A DNA stretch of 33,467 nucleotides from a virus, in the UHGV virus genome UHGV-0323396; one strand, written 5' to 3'. Shown here piece after piece: positions 24,324 to 32,519 of the stretch. The notes beneath the pieces are model-generated. The model was not told the origin of the DNA and made no database searches. It saw only the letters and a program-made list of their open reading frames with translations. Both the position numbers and the translations under genes were made by a program. Positions within the stretch are counted from its first letter, which is position 1; each line of letters starts with the position of its first letter.

Positions 24324-27300
24324 TTAGAATGCACCTCCTAGTCTATTTTGTCTTTTTGATAATATATTTAATTCTCCGTATAAATATGGAGCTGTTTGCG
24401 TTGCTATTGTTTTTGAATCTAAAACAACATTGATTGTCATATTTTGATTAGATTTTTCAGATTTGCCACTTGATAATGCACTAGCTGAGTTTTGAGAATA
24501 AGTTGCAACGTTGTAAGCTGCTGCTCTATGAGCTTGAGTAACTGGCTTAGAAACCGTTGAAACCGTTGTGGTTTTACTTAATTGAAGATTAACTCTTACT
24601 GGAGCAGCAAAAGCACTTCTTAAATTCCTCCAAGAGCTTATTGCACTATTAACAGAACCTTTAATGCTATTTAAAGATTTATTTACACTTGATGCAGAAG
24701 AGCTTGCAGCAGTAGCCATACTATTTAAAGAAGTTTTTGAGCCATTATATAAGTCTGAGAATGCTTGTCTACCTACTTGAGCCAGTTGTTTAAAACTGTT
24801 ACCAGCTCCATTGTATAAATTAGTAGCAGATTGCTTTCCAACTTGTTCTAACTTCTGGAATGAAACTTTTGCTCCATTATACATGTTAGTTGCAGACTGT
24901 TGTAATGCTATTGTGGCTGCTTCAAGCTCTTTTGCCATCTCTGGAGTTAAATTAGCCATACCATCTTTAGCTCCTTGAGTTGCAGCATCTCCTATTTCTT
25001 TACCTTTTGCTTGAGCATTTGTCTTAGCTCCATTCATTGCAGTATTTACAGAGGAATCAACTTTGCTTTTTAATCCTTCTTTCCCTGCTTCTACACCTTC
25101 ACCAACAGCATTTGCAGCTTGTGTTCCAGTTTCTCTTGCCATAGCTGCATAATCTTCTTTCCAGTTAAAGCCATGCTTAAAGAATGCAGATGCTTTTTCA
25201 GCAAAAGTCATTTGACTTGTATCTAATCCTTCTCCTGCTTTATCAGCTATCATCTTTCCATTTTTTAATGCTTCATCTGCTAAAGTTCCACTGAATGTTT
25301 CAAATGGTTTTAAGAAGAAATCAGATATACTTCCAGTCCATTGTGATATTTTATCAAATAGTCCTTGAATAGCTCCATCAACTACAGCTCCAAATGTTGT
25401 ATAACCAGCTTGGAACATAAGTTCTTTTTTACTTATAAAATACTCAGTTGCAACTTGAGTAAATGTAGAAACAGCCTCTCCTATAGCTGGAGCATTTTCT
25501 TTAAATGCAGATGATAAACTATCTATAATAGATTTTGCAGCTTGTCCTATGGCTGGAGCATTCTCTGTTATAAAGCTTGCTAAATGACTTAAAACAGTTG
25601 ATATTCCTTCTTTTATTTTGTCTTGGTTTTGAATTATACCTTGAGAAAAGTTTTGAACTAACTCTCCAGCAGCTTGCATGATAGCTGGGAAATTTTCATT
25701 TATTGCATTAACTACGAAGTTAATTGTTTCAGACATGATTTGTGGTAACTCTTGAATTTTAGTTCTAAAGCTATCCACTAAATATTGAGTTGCAGCTGTT
25801 AATCCTTGAGTCTTTAAAAGATTTGCAGCTTCTGCTATAGTATTAGCAAATTCTTGAATCGGTCCTTTTACTGATTTGAAAGCCTCTATTAAAACATCAG
25901 ATATAGCAGATGCCATAGATTTAATTGAGCCAGTTGTTGTAGCATCCATTGTTTCAGCTAGTTTTTCAGTAAGTCCTTTTGTTTCTTGTAAGTTCGCTAT
26001 ATAATCATTAAATTCTTTATCAGATAATGATAATATTTCATTAAGCTCTTCTTGACTGTCTGTTAATCCCATTTTAGCCAGAGCATTTGCTTTTTCTTCA
26101 TCAGATAAGCCTTTTAAACCATTTCTTAATGATTCTAAAGTCCCTGCTGTGTCTATTGCTCCATTGTCAAAGGTCTTAAACTCTATACCTAAATCAGACA
26201 TTGCTTTTTTCATATCATCTGTAGGATTCTTCATTAGAAGCATTGTGTTTAATAGTTTCTCAACGTCTTTAGAAGCCACTTTTCCATCTTTACCAAGCAT
26301 TGTAATTATCTTCGCTAAATCAGTTGCTGAAACTCCTAAATAATCTGCTGTCATTTTAGATTCTTCAAAAACAGTATCTAGAGTTAATAGATTTTTCTCT
26401 ATATCCTCAGCAGACATTCCTGCTTTCTCCATCTCTTGTCTCCAGTATTGCATTGCTTTAGTAGAGCCATTTATAGCAGTTGAAAGTTTTGAAACATCAC
26501 CATCAGCAGCATTTATAATAGACATCCATCCAGACATTGCTTCTTGTCCAAATATTGTTGCAACAGCTTGAGCTTGAGTCGCTGCATCTAAGCTTCCTAA
26601 AGTAGTTCTAAGATTTTCCATCGTTCCAGCTAGATTAACTGTTCCATCTTTATTTTTAACTACTTCAACACCATATTTTTTCATTACAGCAGCTGCATCA
26701 TCTGTTGGCTTTATTAACTTAGTTAAACCAGCTCTTAATGCTGTACCTGCTTGGCTGCCCTTAATTCCACTATTACCCATTAAACCAATGGCAACAGATA
26801 AATCTTCCATCTCAATTCCTAATGCTCCTGCAACTGGGCCAACATATTTCATTGTTTCACCCATTAACTCAACAGATGTGTTAGCATTAGTAATTGTTGC
26901 TGTCATCATGTCTGTAAAGTCTCCAACATCAGATGCAGATAATCCCATTGCTGTAAGCCCATCAGTTACAATGTCAGATGCTTTTCCTAAATCTAAAGCT
27001 CCTACAGTAGCAAGATTAAGAACTCCAGACATACCTTCTGTTATCTGTGTTGCGTTCCATCCAGCCATCCCCATATATGACATGGCCTCAGCAACTTCTG
27101 TAGCTGAGTATCTAGTTTTACTTCCCCAGTCTCTAGCAGTTTGTGTTAGCTTTTGAAATTCAGCATCAGTTGCTCCAGTAATAGCTCTAACTTTTGCCAT
27201 TTCATTCTCAAAGGCCATACCTTCTTTGGCTATTAAAGCAAAAGCTCCACCAGCAGCAGCACCAAATTTAAGAGCAACTCCAGCAGCTGTCTTTAAATCT

Positions 27301-27542
27301 TGAACAAATTCTTTATTTGCTTTGATTCCTAAATCATAAGAAGCTTTAACACCTTTAAAAGCTATTGCTGCAAAGTTAGTAAAGCTCCCCATTTTGCCAG
27401 TTAGGTTACTAAAGCCACCAGCTAAATCTTTTAAACCTTTACTAGAGCTGGTATTTAAAGACTCCATAGCAGATTTAGCATCATTAAGGCCTTTTCTGAA
27501 ACCATCACTCTCAAGCTTTAATTTTATTTTTAAGTCTTGCAC
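24324..27542 (-). CDS. Tail tape measure protein (TP901-family core)
   Basis: 1072 aa. Alpha-helical and Ala/Gly-rich with internal repeats. Lies between the chaperone pair and Dit. Confidence 0.85.
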   Translation of the reverse strand: MQDLKIKLKLESDGFRKGLNDAKSAMESLNTSSSKGLKDLAGGFSNLTGKMGSFTNFAAIAFKGVKASYDLGIKANKEFVQDLKTAAGVALKFGAAAGGAFALIAKEGMAFENEMAKVRAITGATDAEFQKLTQTARDWGSKTRYSATEVAEAMSYMGMAGWNATQITEGMSGVLNLATVGALDLGKASDIVTDGLTAMGLSASDVGDFTDMMTATITNANTSVELMGETMKYVGPVAGALGIEMEDLSVAIGLMGNSGIKGSQAGTALRAGLTKLIKPTDDAAAVMKKYGVEVVKNKDGTVNLAGTMENLRTTLGSLDAATQAQAVATIFGQEAMSGWMSIINAADGDVSKLSTAINGSTKAMQYWRQEMEKAGMSAEDIEKNLLTLDTVFEESKMTADYLGVSATDLAKIITMLGKDGKVASKDVEKLLNTMLLMKNPTDDMKKAMSDLGIEFKTFDNGAIDTAGTLESLRNGLKGLSDEEKANALAKMGLTDSQEELNEILSLSDKEFNDYIANLQETKGLTEKLAETMDATTTGSIKSMASAISDVLIEAFKSVKGPIQEFANTIAEAANLLKTQGLTAATQYLVDSFRTKIQELPQIMSETINFVVNAINENFPAIMQAAGELVQNFSQGIIQNQDKIKEGISTVLSHLASFITENAPAIGQAAKSIIDSLSSAFKENAPAIGEAVSTFTQVATEYFISKKELMFQAGYTTFGAVVDGAIQGLFDKISQWTGSISDFFLKPFETFSGTLADEALKNGKMIADKAGEGLDTSQMTFAEKASAFFKHGFNWKEDYAAMARETGTQAANAVGEGVEAGKEGLKSKVDSSVNTAMNGAKTNAQAKGKEIGDAATQGAKDGMANLTPEMAKELEAATIALQQSATNMYNGAKVSFQKLEQVGKQSATNLYNGAGNSFKQLAQVGRQAFSDLYNGSKTSLNSMATAASSSASSVNKSLNSIKGSVNSAISSWRNLRSAFAAPVRVNLQLSKTTTVSTVSKPVTQAHRAAAYNVATYSQNSASALSSGKSEKSNQNMTINVVLDSKTIATQTAPYLYGELNILSKRQNRLGGAF
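24725..24920 (-). repeat. Three tandem ~69-bp repeats in the 3' part of the tape measure gene (22-aa units ..LYNGAK.SF..L.QVG.Q)
   Basis: ccattatataagtc / ccattgtataaatt / ccattatacatgtt spaced about 69 bp apart. Protein: ATNMYNGAKVSFQKLEQVGKQ / SATNLYNGAGNSFKQLAQVGRQ / AFSDLYNGSKTSL. Confidence 0.5.
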
Positions 27543-27559
27543 TCTCTCACCAACTTTCT

Positions 27560-27885
27560 TTATTTATTGAATAAATAAGAGAGAGTTTCTTCTCTTTCTT
27601 TTAGAGAAGTCTTTTTATAGCCTCTTTGTTTATCCATTTTATTTTTCTTGTTGTTGAAAGGGTCATCTGGCTTAAAGTTTTTAATATTAAACATTCCATA
27701 TACGTTGTAGAAAGCTCTCTCTGTATTGTAATACTCAGCTTTTACTCTATTGTTATAACCTTTGATAGCCAGATTTGCCTCTCTTGGAGTCATTCTTGTA
27801 AATTCAGAAGGAGATAAACTTAACTCTCCCACAATTACTGTATATAAAGAGTCAATATATTCTTTAAAACTTAGAGGCTCTTCTA
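27560..27885 (-). CDS. Tail assembly chaperone, frameshift-extended (T-like) segment, expressed as a G-T fusion by -1 programmed frameshifting
   Basis: The -1 frame is open from about 27952 through the G stop, down to 27560. After the slip it reads G-K-V-E-E-P-L-S-F-K-E-Y-I-D-S-L-Y-T-V-I-V-G-E-L-S... Confidence 0.65.
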
Positions 27886-28239
27886 CTTTCCCTCTGAATC
27901 TTCTTGCTCCTCTGATTTTTCTATATCTGGAGTAATAACAAGTCCTAAGCTGTCAGCTATAACTCTTGATGTGAATGCTGCTATCTCATATATGTTTCCA
28001 TTGTTCTCACAATAGTCTGTTATAAGTTGTGCTGCTTTTTTCTCAGTCATTTTTGGTTTATTATGCTTTTCTAATAAGCCATAATAAAATAATTTAGTTA
28101 CTACTGGTATATTTAAAAGCTTATTCCCTTCTAAATAATCCATAGGGTCATAACCTTGCTCTGTCATCGTACAAAGTGTTTCTATTGAATATCTTAGCGT
28201 ATATATGTCATCTTTTATTTTTATTGTATTATTAACCAT
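27883..28239 (-). CDS. Tail assembly chaperone (G-like)
   Basis: 118 aa. Lies between the major tail protein and the tape measure. Ends ...EDSEGK-TAG, with the slippery heptamer immediately before the stop. Confidence 0.7.
   Translation of the reverse strand: MVNNTIKIKDDIYTLRYSIETLCTMTEQGYDPMDYLEGNKLLNIPVVTKLFYYGLLEKHNKPKMTEKKAAQLITDYCENNGNIYEIAAFTSRVIADSLGLVITPDIEKSEEQEDSEGK
27886..27892 (-). promoter_or_regulatory. -1 programmed ribosomal frameshift slippery heptamer G_GGA_AAG (identical to the lambda G/GT site)
   Basis: Minus strand reads ...GAG GGA AAG TAG. Slipping by -1 at GGGAAAG gives GGG AAA GTA GAA GAG.. in the open downstream frame. Confidence 0.65.
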
Positions 28240-28280
28240 GTTTATTCTCCTTCTGTTACAAGTTTTAATTATTAAAAAGA

Positions 28281-28302
28281 CAGTCAGACAAATATCTGAC
28301 TG
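28281..28302 (-). terminator. Hairpin CAGTCAGA-tatttg-TCTGACTG plus T-run, after the major tail protein gene
   Basis: Plus strand reads cagtcagacaaatatctgactg. Minus strand continues TCTTTTT. Confidence 0.5.
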
Positions 28303-28324
28303 CCAGTGTTTTCAAGTGTTTTAA

Positions 28325-28726
28325 CTAATCTGGATTTACTTCTTCTAATGCTCCAGTTCCTTCAAATTCTACTGCATAAGTTAAAGCATCATCATATGGA
28401 GCTTCTATAGATAATGAAGTTATTATAGCCTTTCCAGTAAATCCAACAGTCTTTCCTTCATCAGCTAATTCTAAAGTAACTTCTGTACCAGCTAAAAATG
28501 CAGCTGTAGCAGCTTTATATCCTGCATCATCTGTGAAGTATATTCCATCACATGAACAAGTCCAAGATTTAGCACCATTTATTTTTGCCATCCAGTCTCC
28601 AGTTGTTTTGCATGAAACATCTAGAACTTCACTTGTCATTTCTATTGATGCTCCTCTTTGTCCACCTATTGGAGTTTCTCCTGCTTTTAATATTAAATCT
28701 AATCCTCTTTTAGTTGTATTTGCCAT
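28325..28726 (-). CDS. Major tail protein (phi13/TP901-1-like)
   Basis: 133 aa: MANTTKRGLDLILKAGETPIGGQRGASIEMTSEVLDVSCKTTGDWMAKINGAKSWTCSCDGIYF... Position and size are typical. Confidence 0.75.
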   Translation of the reverse strand: MANTTKRGLDLILKAGETPIGGQRGASIEMTSEVLDVSCKTTGDWMAKINGAKSWTCSCDGIYFTDDAGYKAATAAFLAGTEVTLELADEGKTVGFTGKAIITSLSIEAPYDDALTYAVEFEGTGALEEVNPD

Positions 28727-28767
28727 AATTGATATGTTCCTTTCTTTGGTAGGTTTATTTGATTTGT

Positions 28768-29166
28768 TTAAATTGATTTGATTTTATAGATAAGAACGCC
28801 ATGAAATATTGAGCCTTTTGGAGTGCTATTAATGGATTGCTCTTTGTCTTTCTCCTCAAGTATCTCTGTATTTACTAGAGATATATCTAAATCAAGTGAT
28901 TCTTTATCAAATTGCTGCATCTTATCCATTATTTGATGCATTATTTCTCTTGTTTCCTTTTGTCCTTTGTAATCTGAAAATATATCTATATATTGATTGA
29001 CTTGAATGCCTTCATTTGTTTTAGTCGAATAATCTTTCATATTCATATAACCAAGCTTTATATAAGGCATTTTTGCATCTGTAGGTATATAATCGTAGAC
29101 TGGAATATTAAGAGTTGAGAGCTGTTTATATAGCTCTGATTGAATTGTTAAAGTATTCGTACTCAT
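28768..29166 (-). CDS. Tail terminator / tail completion protein (DUF3168-like)
   Basis: 132 aa. IPVYDYIPTDAKMPYIKLGYMNMKDYSTKTNEGIQVNQYIDIFSDYKGQKE fits the DUF3168 pattern. Lies between the gp10-like and major-tail genes. Confidence 0.55.
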   Translation of the reverse strand: MSTNTLTIQSELYKQLSTLNIPVYDYIPTDAKMPYIKLGYMNMKDYSTKTNEGIQVNQYIDIFSDYKGQKETREIMHQIMDKMQQFDKESLDLDISLVNTEILEEKDKEQSINSTPKGSIFHGVLIYKIKSI

Positions 29167-29180
29167 TGTTTATGCTCTCC

Positions 29181-29552
29181 TTATCTGAAAGCATCTCTGA
29201 TTGCTTGTCTTATTCTGTTTTCAAGGCCTTCTGTTTCTTCTTCAAAAGCAGGATTTAAAAAAGGTTTAGCACCCATTTTATATGTTCCGTATTCAATATA
29301 ATTTGCATATTCAACATTAGTTCCTACTTCTGCTGTAACATCAGAGCCACCTTGTTTTATATCTGTACTGATAGAGCCTAAAAGCCTTCCAGTATCTACT
29401 GTTCTATTTCTTTTTATATTTTCTTTAGCTGTTTTTTCTACACTGTAAGCTGTGTTACTAAGTTCATCAACAGCAGCTCTTAATGCTTGTTCCGTTGAGC
29501 CAGTTAATTCAGATATAACAGCCTCTATATTTGTTTCTACGTCGAATCTCAT
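29181..29552 (-). CDS. HK97 gp10-family tail component
   Basis: 123 aa. The ...NRTVDTGRLLGSI... motif is characteristic. Confidence 0.6.
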   Translation of the reverse strand: MRFDVETNIEAVISELTGSTEQALRAAVDELSNTAYSVEKTAKENIKRNRTVDTGRLLGSISTDIKQGGSDVTAEVGTNVEYANYIEYGTYKMGAKPFLNPAFEEETEGLENRIRQAIRDAFR

Positions 29553-29845
29553 TATATCAACTCCAGCTCATACATAATTATTTCAGTGTAATCTGTATCA
29601 GAGAACTTTTTATATTTTTTGTTGTTATATTCAACTATAAAGTCATCTAATTCTATTTTTGTTTCTGTAAACAGTTTTAATATTTGATGTGATATAACTC
29701 TTCCATTAGCATCAATTAACCTTGTAGTTATTGGAGCAACCTCACAATCAATTGAGCCATGATAAGTTTCTTTATACTCTCCACCACCCATACCATCTGG
29801 CACGAATGTTTTTGAATATATATTTACTTTTGCATCTTCGTTCAT
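29552..29845 (-). CDS. Head closure / head-tail adaptor protein
   Basis: 97 aa. Position and size fit. Its stop overlaps the next gene's start (TAATG). Confidence 0.55.
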   Translation of the reverse strand: MNEDAKVNIYSKTFVPDGMGGGEYKETYHGSIDCEVAPITTRLIDANGRVISHQILKLFTETKIELDDFIVEYNNKKYKKFSDTDYTEIIMYELELI

Positions 29846-30195
29846 TAAAACAGCCTCAGTTTATTTGAGTTTTCTTTGATGTATTTATCAAGAGCTACAA
29901 TATATTCAGATAAGATATTTTCATCAAAATCTTTTCTAATAACATCTATCTGTTTAGATTTTATTCCCTCTGCTCCAATTTTTCTAAATCTTTTAATTGC
30001 TATCTCTTCTGCCATCCAAGAAAGCTTATTAGGTAATACATCTGAGTTAATGTAAGTGCAAACTAGATTAGATGCATCATCAAATAAAACTGTTAAAAGT
30101 TCATCTTTGTTCCCATCATTTAATCCAAGTTTAATTTTTATTCTATTAAGAGCATTAATCTCAGATTCTTTAGGGAAGTTGAACGATTTAAACAT
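29845..30195 (-). CDS. Head-tail connector (gp6-like) protein
   Basis: 116 aa. Immediately downstream of the capsid gene. Start/stop overlap with the upstream gene. Confidence 0.55.
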   Translation of the reverse strand: MFKSFNFPKESEINALNRIKIKLGLNDGNKDELLTVLFDDASNLVCTYINSDVLPNKLSWMAEEIAIKRFRKIGAEGIKSKQIDVIRKDFDENILSEYIVALDKYIKENSNKLRLF

Positions 30196-30216
30196 GTTAT
30201 CAACTCCTTACAAAAT

Positions 30217-30250
30217 AAAAGCTCCAGCAAGAGCCAGAGCTTTATTTATT
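30217..30250 (-). terminator. Hairpin plus T-run after the capsid gene (partial terminator)
   Basis: Minus strand reads AAAGCTCtggctcttgctgGAGCTTTTATTTTG. Confidence 0.4.
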
Positions 30251-30260
30251 GTTTATTTAA

Positions 30261-31064
30261 TTATTTAGAAGTTTTAGCAGCTCTAGCAGCAAATGATGGA
30301 ACACATTTAACAACTGCATCTGGTCTTAATATTTTAGTTCCAGCAACTCCTAAACCTCTTACACCATCAGCTATAGAGTTTTGTAATCTCATTGCTTCAA
30401 CTTTATCTAATTGCTTTCCAAATCCTATAGCAGATTTATGAAGCACTACTATAGCAGCTGTCCCACTGTTTAATTCTTCTGATAATACTAATTGAACACC
30501 GTTTATTTTAGCTCCATCAACTATACCATTTTCTAATACAGTATAATTAGCTGTAAATCTTGGGTCTAATTGTAATTGCTCTAATATTTCAGAGTTTATT
30601 ACTGCATATCTGTTAGCTTTAGATACTTTCTTTTTATTTAAAGCTGTATTACATTTAACTATTAAGTCATAAGCATTTTCACTTGTTCTTTCTACAACAT
30701 TTTTAGTTGTTAAAGCTTCTGTTAAAACTGCTTTATCCATTTCTTCTTGCATAGAATAAGCAGCCTCTTCTGTATGAGCATTTATTAAATCTCCAGCAGC
30801 TTGAACAGCGTCTACATCATCAACTTGGAATGCAAAATATTTTTTTATATCCATATTTAATTCAACTTTAGAAGTTGTTAATCCATCCCATGAAACTGTT
30901 CCATCATAGTCTTTAACAGCTACATCTGATACATGATTGAAAACTATTTTATTTCCTTCTATCTTCGTAGGAGCTGTTGTTATAACATCTGCTATTGAAG
31001 TTTCATGAAATTTCTTTAATAATGATGCTTCCCATATTTGTGGTATAAAAGTTTGTACTGACAT
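30261..31064 (-). CDS. Major capsid protein (HK97-fold, SPP1 gp13-like)
   Basis: 267 aa. N-terminus MSVQTFIPQIWEASLLKKF resembles SPP1-type coat proteins. Follows the scaffold gene. A structured 5' UTR hairpin GCTGCA-tgtgt-TGCAGC sits at about 31085-31120. Confidence 0.7.
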   Translation of the reverse strand: MSVQTFIPQIWEASLLKKFHETSIADVITTAPTKIEGNKIVFNHVSDVAVKDYDGTVSWDGLTTSKVELNMDIKKYFAFQVDDVDAVQAAGDLINAHTEEAAYSMQEEMDKAVLTEALTTKNVVERTSENAYDLIVKCNTALNKKKVSKANRYAVINSEILEQLQLDPRFTANYTVLENGIVDGAKINGVQLVLSEELNSGTAAIVVLHKSAIGFGKQLDKVEAMRLQNSIADGVRGLGVAGTKILRPDAVVKCVPSFAARAAKTSK

Positions 31065-31159
31065 TGAATTGATTCCTTTCTATGCTGCATGTGTTGCAGC
31101 TCCAGCATGACTTGCTGGTTACCTTTTTGAATTGATTTTTAGATTTGAATAATTGATTT

Positions 31160-31193
31160 GATATATAAAAAAGCTGTCAGACTTCTATTAGAT
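31160..31193. repeat. Two direct copies of CTGTCAGAC (GTCAGAC family) between the scaffold and capsid genes
   Basis: Plus strand reads gctgtcagac ttctattagatttct gtcagacaagc. Confidence 0.35.
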
Positions 31194-31221
31194 TTCTGTC
31201 AGACAAGCTGATTTAGCGTGA

Positions 31222-31860
31222 TTATATGCCTCTTTTCATAGCTTCTTGAACTTCTGCCCATCTTGCTTGAACTTCTGCTGTAGACATTGCTCTAACATCA
31301 GCCATTGTAAGAGTTCCTTTATTACTTAATGGAGCTGCTGCTGGAGATTTTCCTTTCATCCTTTCATCAAGAGCTGCCTCTAATGCTGCATTCCATTTTT
31401 CTTTGAACGTATTTATATTATTGAACGTAGATTCAGCATCTTTAGTTATTAAATACTCTGCAAATTCAACTGGTAAATTATTTTGAGCCAGTTGCTTCGA
31501 TGTTTCATTTAATAATTTTTCTTTCTCAAAAGCAGCCTTCATTTCTTCGAATTCTTTCATTTGTTTTTCTAATATTGCTTTTTGTCTTTCTGATTCAGAC
31601 ATTTTAGCCAGCTTTGCAGATTCTTCTCTTTCTCTTTCTATCTGTGCTGCTAAGTCTTTCTTTTCTCTAGCCAGTCTTTTTTCTATCATTTTGTTTACTT
31701 CATCTTGAGTAAAAGTTTTTACTTCTGGCTCTTGTGGAGCTTGTCCATTATTTGTTTCTGGAGCTTGTGGCTCTTTAACTTCTATATTTTGTATTTGATT
31801 ATTTTCCATTCTAATTCTCCCAAGTTTAAAGTCTGTGTAGACTGTAGAATGATTAGCCAT
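31222..31860 (-). CDS. Scaffolding protein
   Basis: 212 aa. Coiled-coil, with ..FTQDEVNKMIEKRLAREKKD.. typical of phage scaffolds. Precedes the capsid gene. Confidence 0.75.
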   Translation of the reverse strand: MANHSTVYTDFKLGRIRMENNQIQNIEVKEPQAPETNNGQAPQEPEVKTFTQDEVNKMIEKRLAREKKDLAAQIEREREESAKLAKMSESERQKAILEKQMKEFEEMKAAFEKEKLLNETSKQLAQNNLPVEFAEYLITKDAESTFNNINTFKEKWNAALEAALDERMKGKSPAAAPLSNKGTLTMADVRAMSTAEVQARWAEVQEAMKRGI

Positions 31861-31997
31861 GTTATTTCTTTAAAGCCTAACAATCAAGTAAAAAAGGCAT
31901 AAAAAAGAGAGCCTCATAAAAGCCATCAGTTGATTTGCAAGGTATAAATACACACAAAGTATTTTCAAAAGCTCTCTGTGTGCATTCTAGGGCTTTG

Positions 31998-32315
31998 CTA
32001 TTTTTTTATAATTATTTTATAGGTTACAATTTCATCCATACTAGCATTCACATCTACAGATTTTACTTTAAAATCATAGTTTTCAAATTCAGTTAAGAAG
32101 TTTTCTATCTTAATACATGTTAAATCATTTTTAATAAAGCTATTTATTATTGCAGAGAATGCTTCATCATCTTTTAAATAGATACCAGTACATTCTATAT
32201 ACCATTCATTTTCATTAAATATTGCTTTTAACTCTTGTTGCCCACCTATTGGCTCATAACCAAATAGAGTCCTCGCCTTTGCTAGTGCTTCTGTTCCTAA
32301 TATTACTTTACTCAT
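31998..32315 (-). CDS. Hypothetical protein (105 aa). Candidate immunity protein for the MuF C-terminal domain.
   Basis: Inserted between the MuF and scaffold genes. Has its own RBS AAAAGGTGATG and follows a terminator. Confidence 0.45.
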   Translation of the reverse strand: MSKVILGTEALAKARTLFGYEPIGGQQELKAIFNENEWYIECTGIYLKDDEAFSAIINSFIKNDLTCIKIENFLTEFENYDFKVKSVDVNASMDEIVTYKIIIKK

Positions 32316-32349
32316 TAATTAATCATCACCTTTTAATTTTATTTTTGCA

Positions 32350-32376
32350 TAATAAAAGAGCAGCTGTTGATGCTGC
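32350..32376 (-). terminator. Hairpin GCAGC-atcaaca-GCTGC plus TCTTTTATT
   Basis: Plus strand reads gcagctgttgatgctgc at 32360-32376, with the T-run at lower coordinates on the minus strand. Confidence 0.45.
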
Positions 32377-32378
32377 CC

Positions 32379-32519
32379 TTATTTTGTATCTTTGTTATTA
32401 AGTTCTTTCATAAACTCCTCAAACTGTTCCTTTGCCCAGTCTGGAGCATCTTCTTTTATAGTCCAGTTAAATAAATCCATATTGATATATTGTTCTATAT
32501 CTTTTATATCATAAACCAT
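32379..32519 (-). CDS. Small hypothetical protein (46 aa), translationally coupled to the MuF gene (TAATG)
   Basis: MVYDIKDIEQYINMDLFNWTIKEDAPDWAKEQFEEFMKELNNKDTK. Its ATG overlaps the MuF stop. Confidence 0.4.
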   Translation of the reverse strand: MVYDIKDIEQYINMDLFNWTIKEDAPDWAKEQFEEFMKELNNKDTK

